Shown one piece after another: positions 1 to 13,600 of a stretch of DNA of 64,000 nucleotides. The position numbers and the translations under genes were made by a program. The notes under the pieces are model-generated. The model was not told the DNA's origin, did not search any database, and saw only the letters and a program-made list of their open reading frames with translations. Positions within the stretch are counted from its first letter, which is position 1; each line of letters begins with the position of its first letter. Origin of the DNA: Thalia democratica (lineage: Eukaryota); assembly GCA_965202585.1 (NCBI GenBank), contig OZ241826.1, positions 15,562,001-15,626,000 on the forward strand, written 5' to 3'.

Positions 1-1581
1 TACCTCAGCAGAAACTGCACAAAATTTTAGTAAAAAAAAATAAAAAAATAAACTGAAACGAAAAGCTGCACTTGAAATTAAAAATGACGTGTGTTTTGTT
101 CGATCGATTTTTTTTTCAAACTGACTGCACCAGCTGAAAAGTGGAAAGAACGCGAAAGCGAGCGGGCCGCCTGCAAAAGAACGCGCAACGCGAGAGAAGA
201 GAAAAAATTGAAACGAGAGAATTAAAAAAAAACGAGAGAATTAAAAAAAAAATTGGTGAAGGAAACTTTGCGGTTTTGGTAAAGAGAGCTTTCCATTTGG
301 AACGATTTTTTTGTGTTTCTTTAATTTTAATTTTGCGACTTTTTTTTCGGGAGATTTTAAGCCGGTTTTATTTTTATCACGACTCTCGCCTTTTATAAGC
401 TGTGTGTGACGCAATAATAAGAAACTTGCGTCAAACGCCTTCGTGCATTGTGACGAGCGAAATTGAATTGTGCGGGTTCCAAGCTTTTATGTTTAATTTA
501 ATAATATATATTTATAAATACAAAGGATTGTCGCTTTTTGAGCTGAAACAACTTTTTCATTGTCTGCTATAAATAGATGAAATCTTTCCTCTCTATTTAT
601 ATTAAAAGATTATACTACAAACTGTAACTAGCACAATAAAAATTTGCTGCAATGAATATTGTTTTAACAATAAAACCAACAAATATTAAACATATCAAAG
701 ACAAAATATCTACTTAAAATCTTTTTTTCTCTTTTATTCTTAACTTTTTTATGTGTTCTCTAAAATATCATACTTCAAATATTACAACTAATATTGTAAC
801 TTGAAAAGTTACAAAAAATAAGGAACTTTACAAAAAAACAAATTACAAAGAAAGTTTTTGACAAGGAAATGAAACATGCGAAAGTCGTGGTTAAATTGAA
901 TCTTTTTTTTTTATTAAAAATGATTTGCAATATTTTTTCCTAATTAATTCAATAATTGCAACACAAATTAATATCTGGTTAGCACAAACCGGCTTGAACC
1001 ATTTCGAATTTCCAAATAAGGAAATGTCCAAGAAAGCGTAATACAGTCAGTAGGCGAATATGAGTTTGTTTGTTTTATTTATAAAACATACTGTCTATTG
1101 TTTTATTCTCAACATTCATTTTCTTTTGTCATTCGAACAAAAACACTTGTTTTGTTAACAATGCATGTTTCTGCAGAATTTCTTTGTTCGAAATTTTAAT
1201 ATAAATTTTTATTCGAGGAATTTTTTTTGTCAATATATAGTAAATTAAATAAACATGTGCTGTTAATGTTAAGCCGGGTCAAATTAAAAATATTCAAAAA
1301 ATTGAGTTTATTTAAATTAATTTTATGTCTAGGTTTTAATGAGAAAATCAAGCATTTTAAAATTTTATTTCAATCACAAAATTTTTTTAAATTCTTTTGT
1401 ATTGTAATGTAACTAAGTAAAATCTAGCCCATCATTTTGCACCTAAATTTTGCACCTTTTTAACATTTTTTTTAATTTAAAAGGTAATATACTTTTTTGC
1501 TAAAAAAGTTCTCGCTAACTACTTGGTCAATGTTGTGTCAAAGAGAAAGTAAAGTTTAATATGAAGTGACATATAACTAAC

Positions 1582-1672
1582 CGTCATTTTGCTGTTGTGC
1601 ATTTTCTCCTGTCGTCGGAGGAGTTTCTGCTTGAGGAGGGTTTTCTGCGGAGGGCTCACCTTCAGCAGCAGT
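1582..1672 (-). CDS. HUWE1: HUWE1 exon 64
   Basis: [16 protein letters not shown]...; cag/gttagt. Confidence 0.75.
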
Positions 1673-4600
1673 CTGTAATAATATATTTGATTATTATGTA
1701 TCAAGTTTAAACAGTTTGTTGTAACATTTATCACAAAGAGAAATATTTGGTAATGTTCTACTTTTATTTATTTGTGTTTTTACAAGTGTATCTTTCGTAG
1801 TAGAAGTGGTAAATAACAAATTGTTACTGTTACAGTCTGAACAATATATTTGATTATACACGGTACTATATATAAAAAATATATTTATACTTAAACACAT
1901 ATTAAACAAAAAAACAATATGAGTATAGTTCATTGTTGAACTAGCAACAATTTTTTTTAATTTTCAGTTTTTTCATTAAAAACAATTTTTTTTTATTTTA
2001 ATATTTTGTGGTCATAAACTTTAAAGGTTTCAAAAGAACTGCTAGTCAGCTTGTTTCAATGAAGGTTTTGTTTTTTAAACAAAAGATACAGAATATAAAC
2101 ATTAAAACACTTTAAATGGTTTGTGTCGTATAAAAAGGAATTGATTAAAAACACTTACATTCACTCAGACAAGTATCGATTTGAGTTATACATAATATTT
2201 GTAAGCATTACAACAGGAAGTGAATTGTATTGATTATTCGTACATCAGTATTTTTACATGTTAAAACTAGAATTATTAAAACAAAAATTACATTAGTATA
2301 ATCAATTCAATTAGTGAACTTTGACTGATATTTCTAATATAACTTTCAAAAGCTCACACTTACGTAGTAGCATAATTTTTAATGGTTAATAATTCATGCT
2401 GTATATAAATTAGTGAACTGTAATTGAAATCTACTAATTTAATCAGTGATCCTTGACCTTTAACTTTACACATTATAACTAAATTTTTACGAACCTACAA
2501 AAAATTGGACTTCGAAATTATTATAATTTTTACTGACTAAAGTTCAAAAATATTTTAATTTCGCACTGCTAAAGTAAACATAGATTAATTTAAATTAATC
2601 TGTTATGTCAACATTTAATTAATTAACTTGGTCGCGCCGCGTTCTAAAAGTAATTTATTTGAGCCAATTTATCAAGACTTTGCTGAAATTTGCTAATAAA
2701 TTTTAAAACAACCAACTCGTTAAATGTTACTTTTTTAAACATTTCACTTCGTCTGCGAAATGATATGTTATAAATTACATAAGTTTTTATATGTATTAGG
2801 TTAAGTATGAACAATATCAATTATATTAGCATTAACTATTATTTTGCGGTTTATACTGATAAAATTGACACCGAATTTATGATAAAAATATCAACTTTAC
2901 ACAGGGTTGTTACATAATACTTTTAAATTTTACCTTAAATATTTTTAATATTTAATTAAAATTACAAAATATGCAACATTTTGTTAATTGTCATGTTCAC
3001 ATGGAATCGTAATAATAAACAGTTTTGAAACTATTTCAGCTATTCTAATTAATATTCCATTAAAATTATTTTGCAAATCAAATAATAAATGTATTTTATA
3101 TTTAAATTTAATTTTTTTAAACGTAAAATTAAGATTTTTTAAGTAGAGTTTTTAAGGTTACGATTAAATTGATAAAAACTCGAAAATTATTAATTTCTCA
3201 GTGCTTAAAAACGGCCTTGAAAATCTAAAAATAATACAAGCACCTGTTTTTAGTGTTTGTTTTTAAAATGCAAAAGAGGATTACCAAATCATGTTCTCGG
3301 TATTTACTTAATTATAAAACTAATTGTAAGTAAGTTAATTAGAGCACTTAAGGTAATTAACCAGTTTCTGAGATACTCAAAATTTGTTTAGTCTTTGTAT
3401 GCTCAAAATTTAAACACATTTAATGCATACTTGTTAAAATTATTAAGTAATTATATTTTTTATAATGCTAAATTGTTTTCAATTTTTGTAATAAATTAAA
3501 ATATCTTACAATTTTAATTTAATTGTATTCTTTCAAAAAAGTATAAAACATACTATTTAAACATTATAAACTCATTTTTGAATAATTATTATATATCTAA
3601 CTTAAAGTGTAAAAAGTTATCTTTGAAACATGTTTTATTTTAAATAATTATTTATTACTTATTAGAATATGTTTATTTGATAATTTTTAATACAATTAAA
3701 ACTTTTTGTTAAAAAATAATTTTTCACATTAGTCAGTCTTTTATAATATCATTTTAATTATATCATATTACTAACTCCAACCCAGAATAACAATACAACA
3801 TGTCAAAAACTACATTTAAATAAATATATTGATATGTTTTAATCTATTCAGTTTTTATTTATTTTAGTTATTATTGCCACTCACATTATCTTCTTTTATT
3901 TAATTTAAATACTTATTTTTTACGTTACTTATTAGTTTAACTTAAAAATATACAATAAACCTAATTTGTGCAATATTAAAAATATTAAAACTTTTAATTT
4001 TGAATTTTTTAGATTTCTAAAATGCGTAACGTCACGAGTGCGTAAAGATGCGAGATTTTACTGTACTTAATCATTATTTGATAAAACACCAACTTTTAAT
4101 TATCATGTACAAGTATTTATATTTGATCCCAGTATTAAAAATTTCTAAAACATGATTTTGTTCCAACTTACATTGTCTTCTCCTTCTGCCTGGCCTTCTT
4201 CCGCTTCCTGAGCTTCCCTCTCCTCCCTTTCCTTCCGCTTCTTCTCCTCCTCCTCCTGCTTCTTCTTCATCAGCTCCTTCTTCTTCTTCTCCTTCTCCTC
4301 CTTCAGGATCCGCCTCTGCTCCGCCCGCTTCGCGATCTCCTTCTTCGCCTTCTCCACCACCTTGTCGAAGATCTCCTCTTTCACCACTGTTGAGAGCGAG
4401 ATGTTTTTATCAATGTGACGTCATAATTAATTTTAATACTTTTGAATGAATAAAAAGTTTTTTTGCCTTTATGAAGTCAGAGAGCTTTTTTTAACGGATC
4501 AACTTTCTTCCCGGAAACTTTTAGTAAGGGATGTAGGGAGAACAAAATAATTTTAGTCATTATTTTTGACGTCATAATACACTGTTTTAGTTAAGAAGTT

Positions 4601-7600
4601 GGTAAAGACAAGACAATAAGCTGGTTTTAATGGAAAGTGAGTTTGTCAAGTCTTAAGACTAAAACTTGGATGTAATTAAACTGTTGCCCGTACATGTAAT
4701 CAGGGGAAATTGAAAACTCAAGTTAACTTTGTAAATAGTGTCAATTTATCCTTCAACTAGAGCTACTAAACAGTTTTTTGATAAGCAACATTGCTTAAAT
4801 GTACTTTATCATTAGATTTACTTTAAGAAATAACTCAACATCGTTTTAGATTAAAACTAGCTTTTGAAAATTATAAAGAGGTTTAACACAATATTTATCA
4901 CAAAGTTTATAATACTAGTATTATGTCAAGTAACTAACATGTAACGCAATCGTACACATCGTGGGATTCAAGAACGCAGCATTCTTCAATCCATCTTGAC
5001 AAAGTTGTTTGGAGGTTTTCAGTGTACCCACCAGTGAGCATGGTTTCGTACAAGTTGTCCTATGAATTGTATATTTTTATTTTCAGTTATAATATCAGTT
5101 ATGTATGAAGAATTACTTTTATTGGTTTCAATGGCTTTCAAGTCTTTAAATTCAACCAAGAAAGTCTAGTCTATATACAAAAAAATAAATTAATGCATGT
5201 ACATCTAGGAATAATTAGTTGTTGGATGCAAGCTACTGAATACACGTTTGTTTAAACAAAAAATAAAACGAACAGGAAGCATGGATGCAAATATGGGATC
5301 GGGTAACTGCTGCACTTCCTGATTTACCAGATTTCTCATTTCTCCCACCAGATCGGCTCCCAAATACATCCCGTTTGCTGCCACTGGCTCCAATAATCTG
5401 TAATGGTATTCTAAAAGTTTTAAAAACAGTTTTATCCAAACTTTAAAGTACCTTTAAGAAAAACAAAAACTTAAACATGTGAAACACGGACTGGTTGAAA
5501 CTGATTGATTAAAAGGAAAAATATATTGTTAATTTTTATTAATTCAAACCTGTGAAAGACGGACTGGTTGGTTCTGTTTCTTCTCGGGTCGCCAGGCTGA
5601 GCGGCCCTCTGAATGAAAACTTCCTGATTCACCTCTTGGTTCGGGGTATTCACCTAGTAATAGTAAAATATATATAATCATTATATTTGTAATTATTGTG
5701 TTCACCTAGTTTGTCTATATCTCAAAATTTTATGTCAACATTTTTTTATTGATTTTTAAATCTACAGTATAATTAAATAAATAATAAATACACACATTTT
5801 TTAATAGTAGCATGAATATTATCAATCAAAATTAAAAAGTCTATTATTAATCTTATTTATACCAACCTGATTCTGTCTCATGGCCCCGATGTTCTGCCCC
5901 GCCCTCAAAACTCGTTGCGACCAGTTTTCGGGCGGTCCCCTGACGACGTTCTGCTGGTTGCCAGGCTGGTTGTTGGTTGCCAGGGAGTGCAGCAACATCT
6001 GGGGTCTGACCAGGAGTGGGTGCTGAGAGGTCACCCTTCCGCCTGATGTTCCTTGCACTGTAAATATAAATTAAAATATTAACCGTTTTATTTCTAAATT
6101 TGCTTCGCCTGTTGGCTGAGAAAAAGTTTACTGAGTTATATTTATCAACCAACCTTTTTAGTTGTACTCAGTTTATCAAGTAGAACAAATTATTTAAACA
6201 ATACAGAGAAATTAAAAAGTTGTACGTCAAAAAATAAACAAAACTTTAACAGACCTCTCTAATTTATTATTCTCTTTCCAGTGAGTTATTCAACTCTGGT
6301 TAAGTAATACTTAATATCCTAGTAAAACATACAACAATGTAAAAACAAAATAAAACAAATTCCGAACCGATTGAGATGGGGGTAGCGTCGTTCCTGCTCT
6401 GCGGCGTCGAAGTTCCGAATCCCTGCATGTCCAGGTAGGCGTGGGGGAATCCCCTGGTCCGAGAGTTGATCACGGGGATTATGTTGGGGTTCGCCTGGCC
6501 CCGGCTCATAGCTGCGGGTTCGTTATCGTCTATTACGTCACAAGTACAAAAAAAAAGTTATAATTTTATAAAATTAACTATTGTTTCAAAACTTAAAAAT
6601 TATTAGACTCTGAAGCCTTAGTTTTAAAAAAATACATATTTAAAAGAAAACTTTTTATTTCCATTACATGCATGTTTTGTATATGACAAAAACCCGAGTC
6701 TGATCTTGTTTATAAATAAATTTTCAATCATACAGCACTTCAGTGACCAATTCAAACTATTATCTATGACCTTATCAACCTCATTAAACAAAAACTAAAA
6801 TTAGTTAAACTTCAATATTTAATCTTTAATTTAATCATAAATTTCATAATCCACAACGAACCGTCGAGTTGTTCGCTGAAAAGGTCTTCCAGCTGCACGA
6901 ACAAATTGTTCTCCTGATCGCCCAGGTTGTAGTTGTTTATGACGTCATAGTTGTACACCTGGTCCATCTGCTCGTCCGAACCCAGCACGTCGTTGTCGTC
7001 ATCGTCGTCTTCTCCCTCCGTCTCGTCGCTCTGTGACGTCACAGTATTAAGTTAAACAAATTTTCAATTGTTTTAAAAAAGTAGGAGATATTTTACATAT
7101 GACTTATTTGTTTTGAACAAAAAACAGAAAATGTTTTGAAAGTTAACAGGCCATTTTTTAATTTAACTCAAACAAGACTTGAATGTTGGCAAACCAATAC
7201 TTATGCACTTCAACCAAAAATTTTTTAAAGCTTTTATAAATTTTCTGTAAGAGAAAAAATCTGGTCTGAGCGCGAGGCAATCATATTTACAAATTCTATA
7301 TTTTAACCTAATGTTCAACCAAATAATCAAGAAAAAATAAACTCACGTCATCATCCTCGTCGTCGTCTTCGACGTCGGTGACGTCATCGTCGTCCGCGTC
7401 ACCGCTGACGTCATCGTGAGGGTTGCCCTGGTGATAGACGACGAGATCTTCCAACGGTACCGCGTGGTGGTCCACTACTGAAATTAATTATTTGATTTAT
7501 TTGGTGATAGAAGACAAGACTTATCCATTATTTAAATTTATTTGTTTATTATATAAAATGTTTTTTTTTTATTATTTAGTGGTAAATGACGAGATCTTCC

Positions 7601-10600
7601 TTCGTTGTTTCTATTGAATAAACAATTTATTTTATTTTATCTTTATATTGGTGTTTGTTTAGTTTTCGGCACACTACTGAAAGCATACAGTGTTGCATAA
7701 GCCAATAAATAATTTGTTTTAAATAAATCATGCCCACTGGAAACTACTCAAACACATGAGCTATTTTGACTACCTGCATAAACAGTGCATGATACTCTAT
7801 AGAGAAGTTAGTTATGAGGAGCTACTTAATAAGTTTTATTAAAACATTAATATATACACAGATTGTTATTAAATGTTTTGACAAGCTGCGTAAACAATTG
7901 TAAAAAATTAAAAGATTGTTTTCTGCTTGGTCTTAATACGTGCAGCTTCTGCATTAATTACTTAATTATAAAAGGAAATAAAACTAAATATAAAAGTATC
8001 TACAAATGCCAGAAATCATAAACTAAAGTTCCTTATATGTTCTACCAAACACGCTTTATTTAAATGGATAGTCAGTTTTTGATTTTAATGCAAGTAGTTT
8101 TAATGCAAGTAGTTTTAAGTTTTGGGTAAAAAGCATTCGAAAATATAAATTAAAGGACAATGTCAAAATTGAATGTGATTTTCATTTTAATTTCACAATC
8201 ACAACTTGTCATAAATTTCTAAATTAAAACTCACACATTGAGTCGTTGTTGTCATTCGATTGAGATTGGTTCTCGTCAGCAACAACAACTGGATCCGTAT
8301 CCATATCATTTGAACCTGCTGTAATAAATATATATAAAAAGATTAATAAGTTTTATTTGTTTCTACAGTATCATAAGTGAATTTGAATTAAGAATCAAAT
8401 TTTATGTTAGTCTAGCTGTCATAAGTTCTTAAAAAGTGTTTGCAACTTTTAGGAATTTTAATAATCAATACTATTTAATTGTAAAAATATTAGCTTTTTT
8501 CAGTTTAAATATTAAGTAGCTTACATTTTCATTTGAACCTTCTGTAAATTTAATATAAAAAACATTACTACTACTCTATGTATTATTCAGATAGCTATTT
8601 AATATAAAATTGAAAATTCATACCAAACTAAGTGGTATAAATTTTTACGGTAAGTTTTTGTATTTTTTTATTTTATTTTTAATGCAAGATGTTAACTTTA
8701 AACGTTATATTTATTTTTTTATTCTAATAATATAATAATTACCTCTCATTAATGTAGGGGCGGCTGTGGTATTCTGTGAGCTGGAAAGTGCCTAAAAACA
8801 AATTAATAAAATAATCACAAGTTATTTATGAAACTTTAAAGTTATTAACCTCAAAAAAATTTATTAAATTTTTTAGCTTAATAAACGAAGTGTACATATT
8901 GTAAGAAAACTTATAAAACGTTTACTTTAATTGTTTAATAATGATGTTAAAGTAGTTATATTTGATTAAAATGGACTTCATAACTGTCTAAATACTATTT
9001 TTGAGCAGAAAAACTTAATAAATAAAAACTTTTTCTACTTTAATATTGTACACTTTTAATCAACCAACTTAAGTTCCATTAGTTTTCCAAAAATTACAAT
9101 TTAATTCACACGACAAAATAGGGGCTAGCAATTTTTTTAACTACAATATTTTTATTAACAAAAACAATTTTGTTTTTATTAAAATACTTGTTTTTTAATT
9201 GTGAAATCAAAAGATCATTTTTGTTCAAAAAATCGAAACAATTAGCGCGAGAGGTGTGGCGAAATTTTATTTATTTGCTGGAAAAGAATACACAAACAGG
9301 ATCAGCGCGCTGGCTGTGTGACGTCACAATCGTCGAGTGCTCGGCGGAGCGTGAAATTTCAGCTGGTTTTTCTGGAAAGTTCGCGATTTTTCCACGTCGC
9401 GCCGACATTTAATGCGTGTTTGAATTTCAACAAGTTTTTTTTTATTTATAGGTTTTGTTCTTTCGGTTTAACTCTTGAATTTACCAAGTTTTAAGTTTTT
9501 GAAAGTTTCGAATTATTGGTTGGACAAAAGTATCTATTAGTAATTTTAAATAATTCATCATTTAAAGCGTGTTAGAATTTCAACAAGCTTTGATTTTTTT
9601 TTGTTGAACTTTTTTTATAATAAATGTTAACATAAATAATAAAATGTTTGTTTTAATTTTTTTTTAATTTTTTAAAGTTTGTTTTTTTGGTTGAACAATT
9701 TTTTTAACTAATGCTAAGATAAACAAAAATATGTTTGTTTAAAATTTTAAATAAGTTATTTTAATTTATTTCAAATTTAAGTATCAAGTAAAAATGTTTT
9801 TTTTTGCGACAACATAGCTTTTGAAAAACATTTTTTTATACTAGAGTTTACTAAAACATTAATAATTTCATGAAGGCTTATTTTCGAAAAAAAGCGCGCT
9901 CAAACTAACGTTTAAACATTCATAAAGGAGAAAAACCAGTTATTTTAAATTCAAACACAAACTATTACACCATCACTTAAATTTTCTCATACAAAACTGT
10001 TGTGTTCAAACATTAATATTTTGTATTTAATCAAAAAACAAACATTTTCATCAGTTGAAGTGGACGGATTCTAAAAATTAACGTTAAAAACCTATAAAGG
10101 AAACAATATATAGTAATTAAACTGATTTTAGATTAACAAACGCACACAATATTGCATTACCAATAATTTTTATGTATACAATATTTAAAAAATAATATTT
10201 TACAAATAAACAAACATTCTCATCAGTTGAAGCAGATGGATTTTGCTGATTATTTTGATTTCCACTACCTTGCTTCTTGTCTTCCGTCGGTTTCTTCAAA
10301 GTCGACCAACGGCACAAGATCTGTTTGAATACTTATTTGTGATTTGAAATTTTTGAATACTTATTTGTAAAATTTATGTGTTTGAATATTTATTTGTAAA
10401 ATTGAAATGTTGAATACTTATTTGTAAAATTTATATGTTCACATCATTTTGATGGTAAATGATAGTAACTCGAGTTTTGACTTCGAGATTCTACAGCTAT
10501 CGATAGATTTTTTCATTTACAAACTGTATTTTTTTATTTAGGTTCTGCAAAATTGAGTAAATTACTAAAAAAAAGTTTATTCAATTATACATACTTTATC

Positions 10601-13600
10601 AAATAAATAAATAAATAAATAAATAAATATATATATATATATTCTTCTCCAGCTTTTTCATAGTAATTTTTTTTCTTTATCATAATCAACTTTTTCCTAG
10701 AACTTTATCAATAACACTGATAAGACATGAATGCTTACAAAAAAGGCTTTTAAAAATATTTTGTGCCGAAATAATAAACATTTACTTTAAAAATCATAAA
10801 TTTAACGATCCGGCGCAAACAAAAGACTCGGTCTTGCCGGCTCGTAAAAAACCGCGCCAAACTCACAAATACCGACTCGCTATTGGCCGAAAAGGATCGA
10901 CTCGACGCCGGTTAAATGTGCGGTGAAATCGTCGGAGCGTGTCGAAAATGAGTCACCGTGGAAACTCGAGTTTCCACTCGCGAATCGAAGTGACTCATCC
11001 GCTATTTCAACCTCCTTTCGCAACTCGCTTCCTTTTTGAAGAGGGCGCTTTGAGTACGAGTCGAACTGAAATTCTATTCAAATTTCCGTTCGCGTTGCAA
11101 AGAGTTGCATTAAATTTTCTGTTGATAATTAAATTTAGACATTTCCTTTTCTGTATTGAGAATTTATTGGAAATTTATTTATCACACCATATAAAACAAA
11201 CAGAATAATTTTATTTAAATTACCAGTGGCATTTTATGGCTCATTAGATTTTATAAGACTTGAATTAAATTTCCTGTTAGTAAATAGAATAAGGCATTTC
11301 CGTTTTAACTGTAATTTATTGGAAAATGGTTTATCACACCATATAAAACAAACAGAATTTTTTTTCGTTTAAATTATCAACAGCATTTTATGGCTCATTA
11401 GAGTTAAATTAATGAAATTAATTACAATAGAAATAAAAATGCGTATTGTTTTATATATTATATATAAGCACCTGTTGGAAATTGCAGGCATAATTAAGTT
11501 TTATATTTAACTTTTTTGATCACAAGTAAACATTATGAAAACAAAATTTTGAAGTGTGAGAAAAATTAATCTTAGATATTACTACATATACCTTTTTACT
11601 TCCTCAAAACTTCTAAACATTAGTGTTTTAATAAAATATTTCAGTGAGAGAATACCAGAATTGTGTGAAGGTTTAGAATTCATTTTTAATTTGATTCTTA
11701 ATTTTTTCAGTTATACAAGTTAAAATAAAACTTAAGTTGTATAGTTAGTTTTGATATCTAATTGTATTTTTCGTTTTGTATATAAATGAAACTACTTTGA
11801 GTAGAATATTTAGGTGGTTTCAATATGAAAGATAAGTATTTTATAAATAAACTTAAGCTCAAAGTCTAAGATTAATAGGCTTAAATGACTTAACCAACAA
11901 CAAGACCATTGAAACAATTGGTGATTTAGTTTTGAAAAGGTACAACTAATCTCTGCTTATAAACATGTCATCTTAAAAAGTTTTTGAGGTTCAAATAGTT
12001 TTACTAATTACCCAAACGAACAGTTTCCAAAGCTAGCAAATAATTAGACCGAAAGCTATAATCAAACCGATAAAAAAACAGTTTAAGGTAAATAAACCAT
12101 AGCTTGTAGTAGTTCAACCCAGATTAACTCAATGGACGAACAAGTGTAACGATTACGTATCTGTTATACTGAACAACTTGCTAGCTCTAACAATTTTGCC
12201 TGTAGAACCTATGTAGCTTAGTTAAATTTACAACCAATCAAAAAATGAGTGGGCAAGAGAACACATTTTTATCTCACCTCAACGGACTTTAAACAAAGCT
12301 AAATAAGGTATTTTACATCCAATAAAATATAAATTACCAAGTTAATAATCACAAAAACAGTGGAATCAACGCAGCATTGACAGTTTCCATAAAAACATAT
12401 TTCCAGTGGGTTCAACGCAGCGTTGACGGTTTCAGTTGATTATATATATATACACATAATAAAAAAAAATGAGATATCTGATGAGAACATTTAATAATAA
12501 AGTTGACGAAATCATTTAATTAAAACAATAACAAATAATAAAATACAAACCTCCAACGGATTAAGCGCGGCGTTGACGGTTTCTGCCATCTCACTTGACC
12601 CGAGGTCGATGTGGTGGATGACCTTGGCCAGGTCGGCGGCCAGCCCCCTCCTAACCATCAGCTTGGGCATGTACTGGTTGTTGTGCGGGTGGTTCCCCTG
12701 CATCTCCTGCTGCTCCACCCTCGACCTGATCCTGGGCACCTGCTTCACCGTCGTCACTTGGATGATGACGCTGCGTTTGGGTTTTTTTATATAAATATTT
12801 CAAATTTTTTTTTTGTGTTTTATAATAAAGGTATATTAAAATTTATAAGTTGATTCACCGTCGTCACTTGGATGATGACAAAAAAAATATTAAATTAATA
12901 AAACAACTTCTTAAAAACCGGTCCAAATACACATGTATTAGTTACTTGGATGATGACGCTGTTTGAAAGTTTTATTAATAAAAAAAAAACAATGAGATAC
13001 GAAAAATATCTTTTGATTTGCTCAAACACTTTTCTTTTTTAAATAACGTTTCACAAGTAGTTAAAGGAATTTTCGGCTTACAAAATGCATCCAAGATATC
13101 GTTAGGTTTAATTTTAAGAGAAAAGCCACGACATTACCAAATACACATTTTGAGTTTGTGGTTTACAGAAACAACTTAAATGCATTCTGCAATTCTCAAT
13201 TGAGCGTTTTTTCAGTCTAGACTTAAATATTAGCTCACAACTTGGAAAAATACTACACATTACTTTTCAACTAGTTTGCTATTCAATTTAGATAATTCAA
13301 ATGTTTCTTTGTTTCTTTTAACTACTAAAAAAACCAACCAAGTCAACTCTAATAATGCCTAGGCTACACTTTTAATTAACTTTAACTAGGAAAATTATTA
13401 AAAAAAAACATTAGTTTATTTAATATTTGACTACTTTTTTATTTACTAAAAACTCACCCAGTAAGTTCCAGCAATGCCCTCAGTTTCATGTGTTTCTTCT
13501 TACTTTCGGGGAATCCCACAGCCCTGTTGATGGCGCCCTTCAGCTCGTTGACGACCAGCAGGTGAACGTCCGTGACGTCGCTGCCTGGCAACGGGGCGCC

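Noticed and set aside
7585-7602. gacgagatcttcc match to the interior of exon 56
   Set aside because: Only about 13 nt, without the splice junction, so it cannot be separated from chance.
1582-10320. A separate downstream gene made of the acidic/low-complexity exons
   Set aside because: The phases continue unbroken from exon 52, and exon 62 carries the HUWE1 RW.EEC.VL motif.
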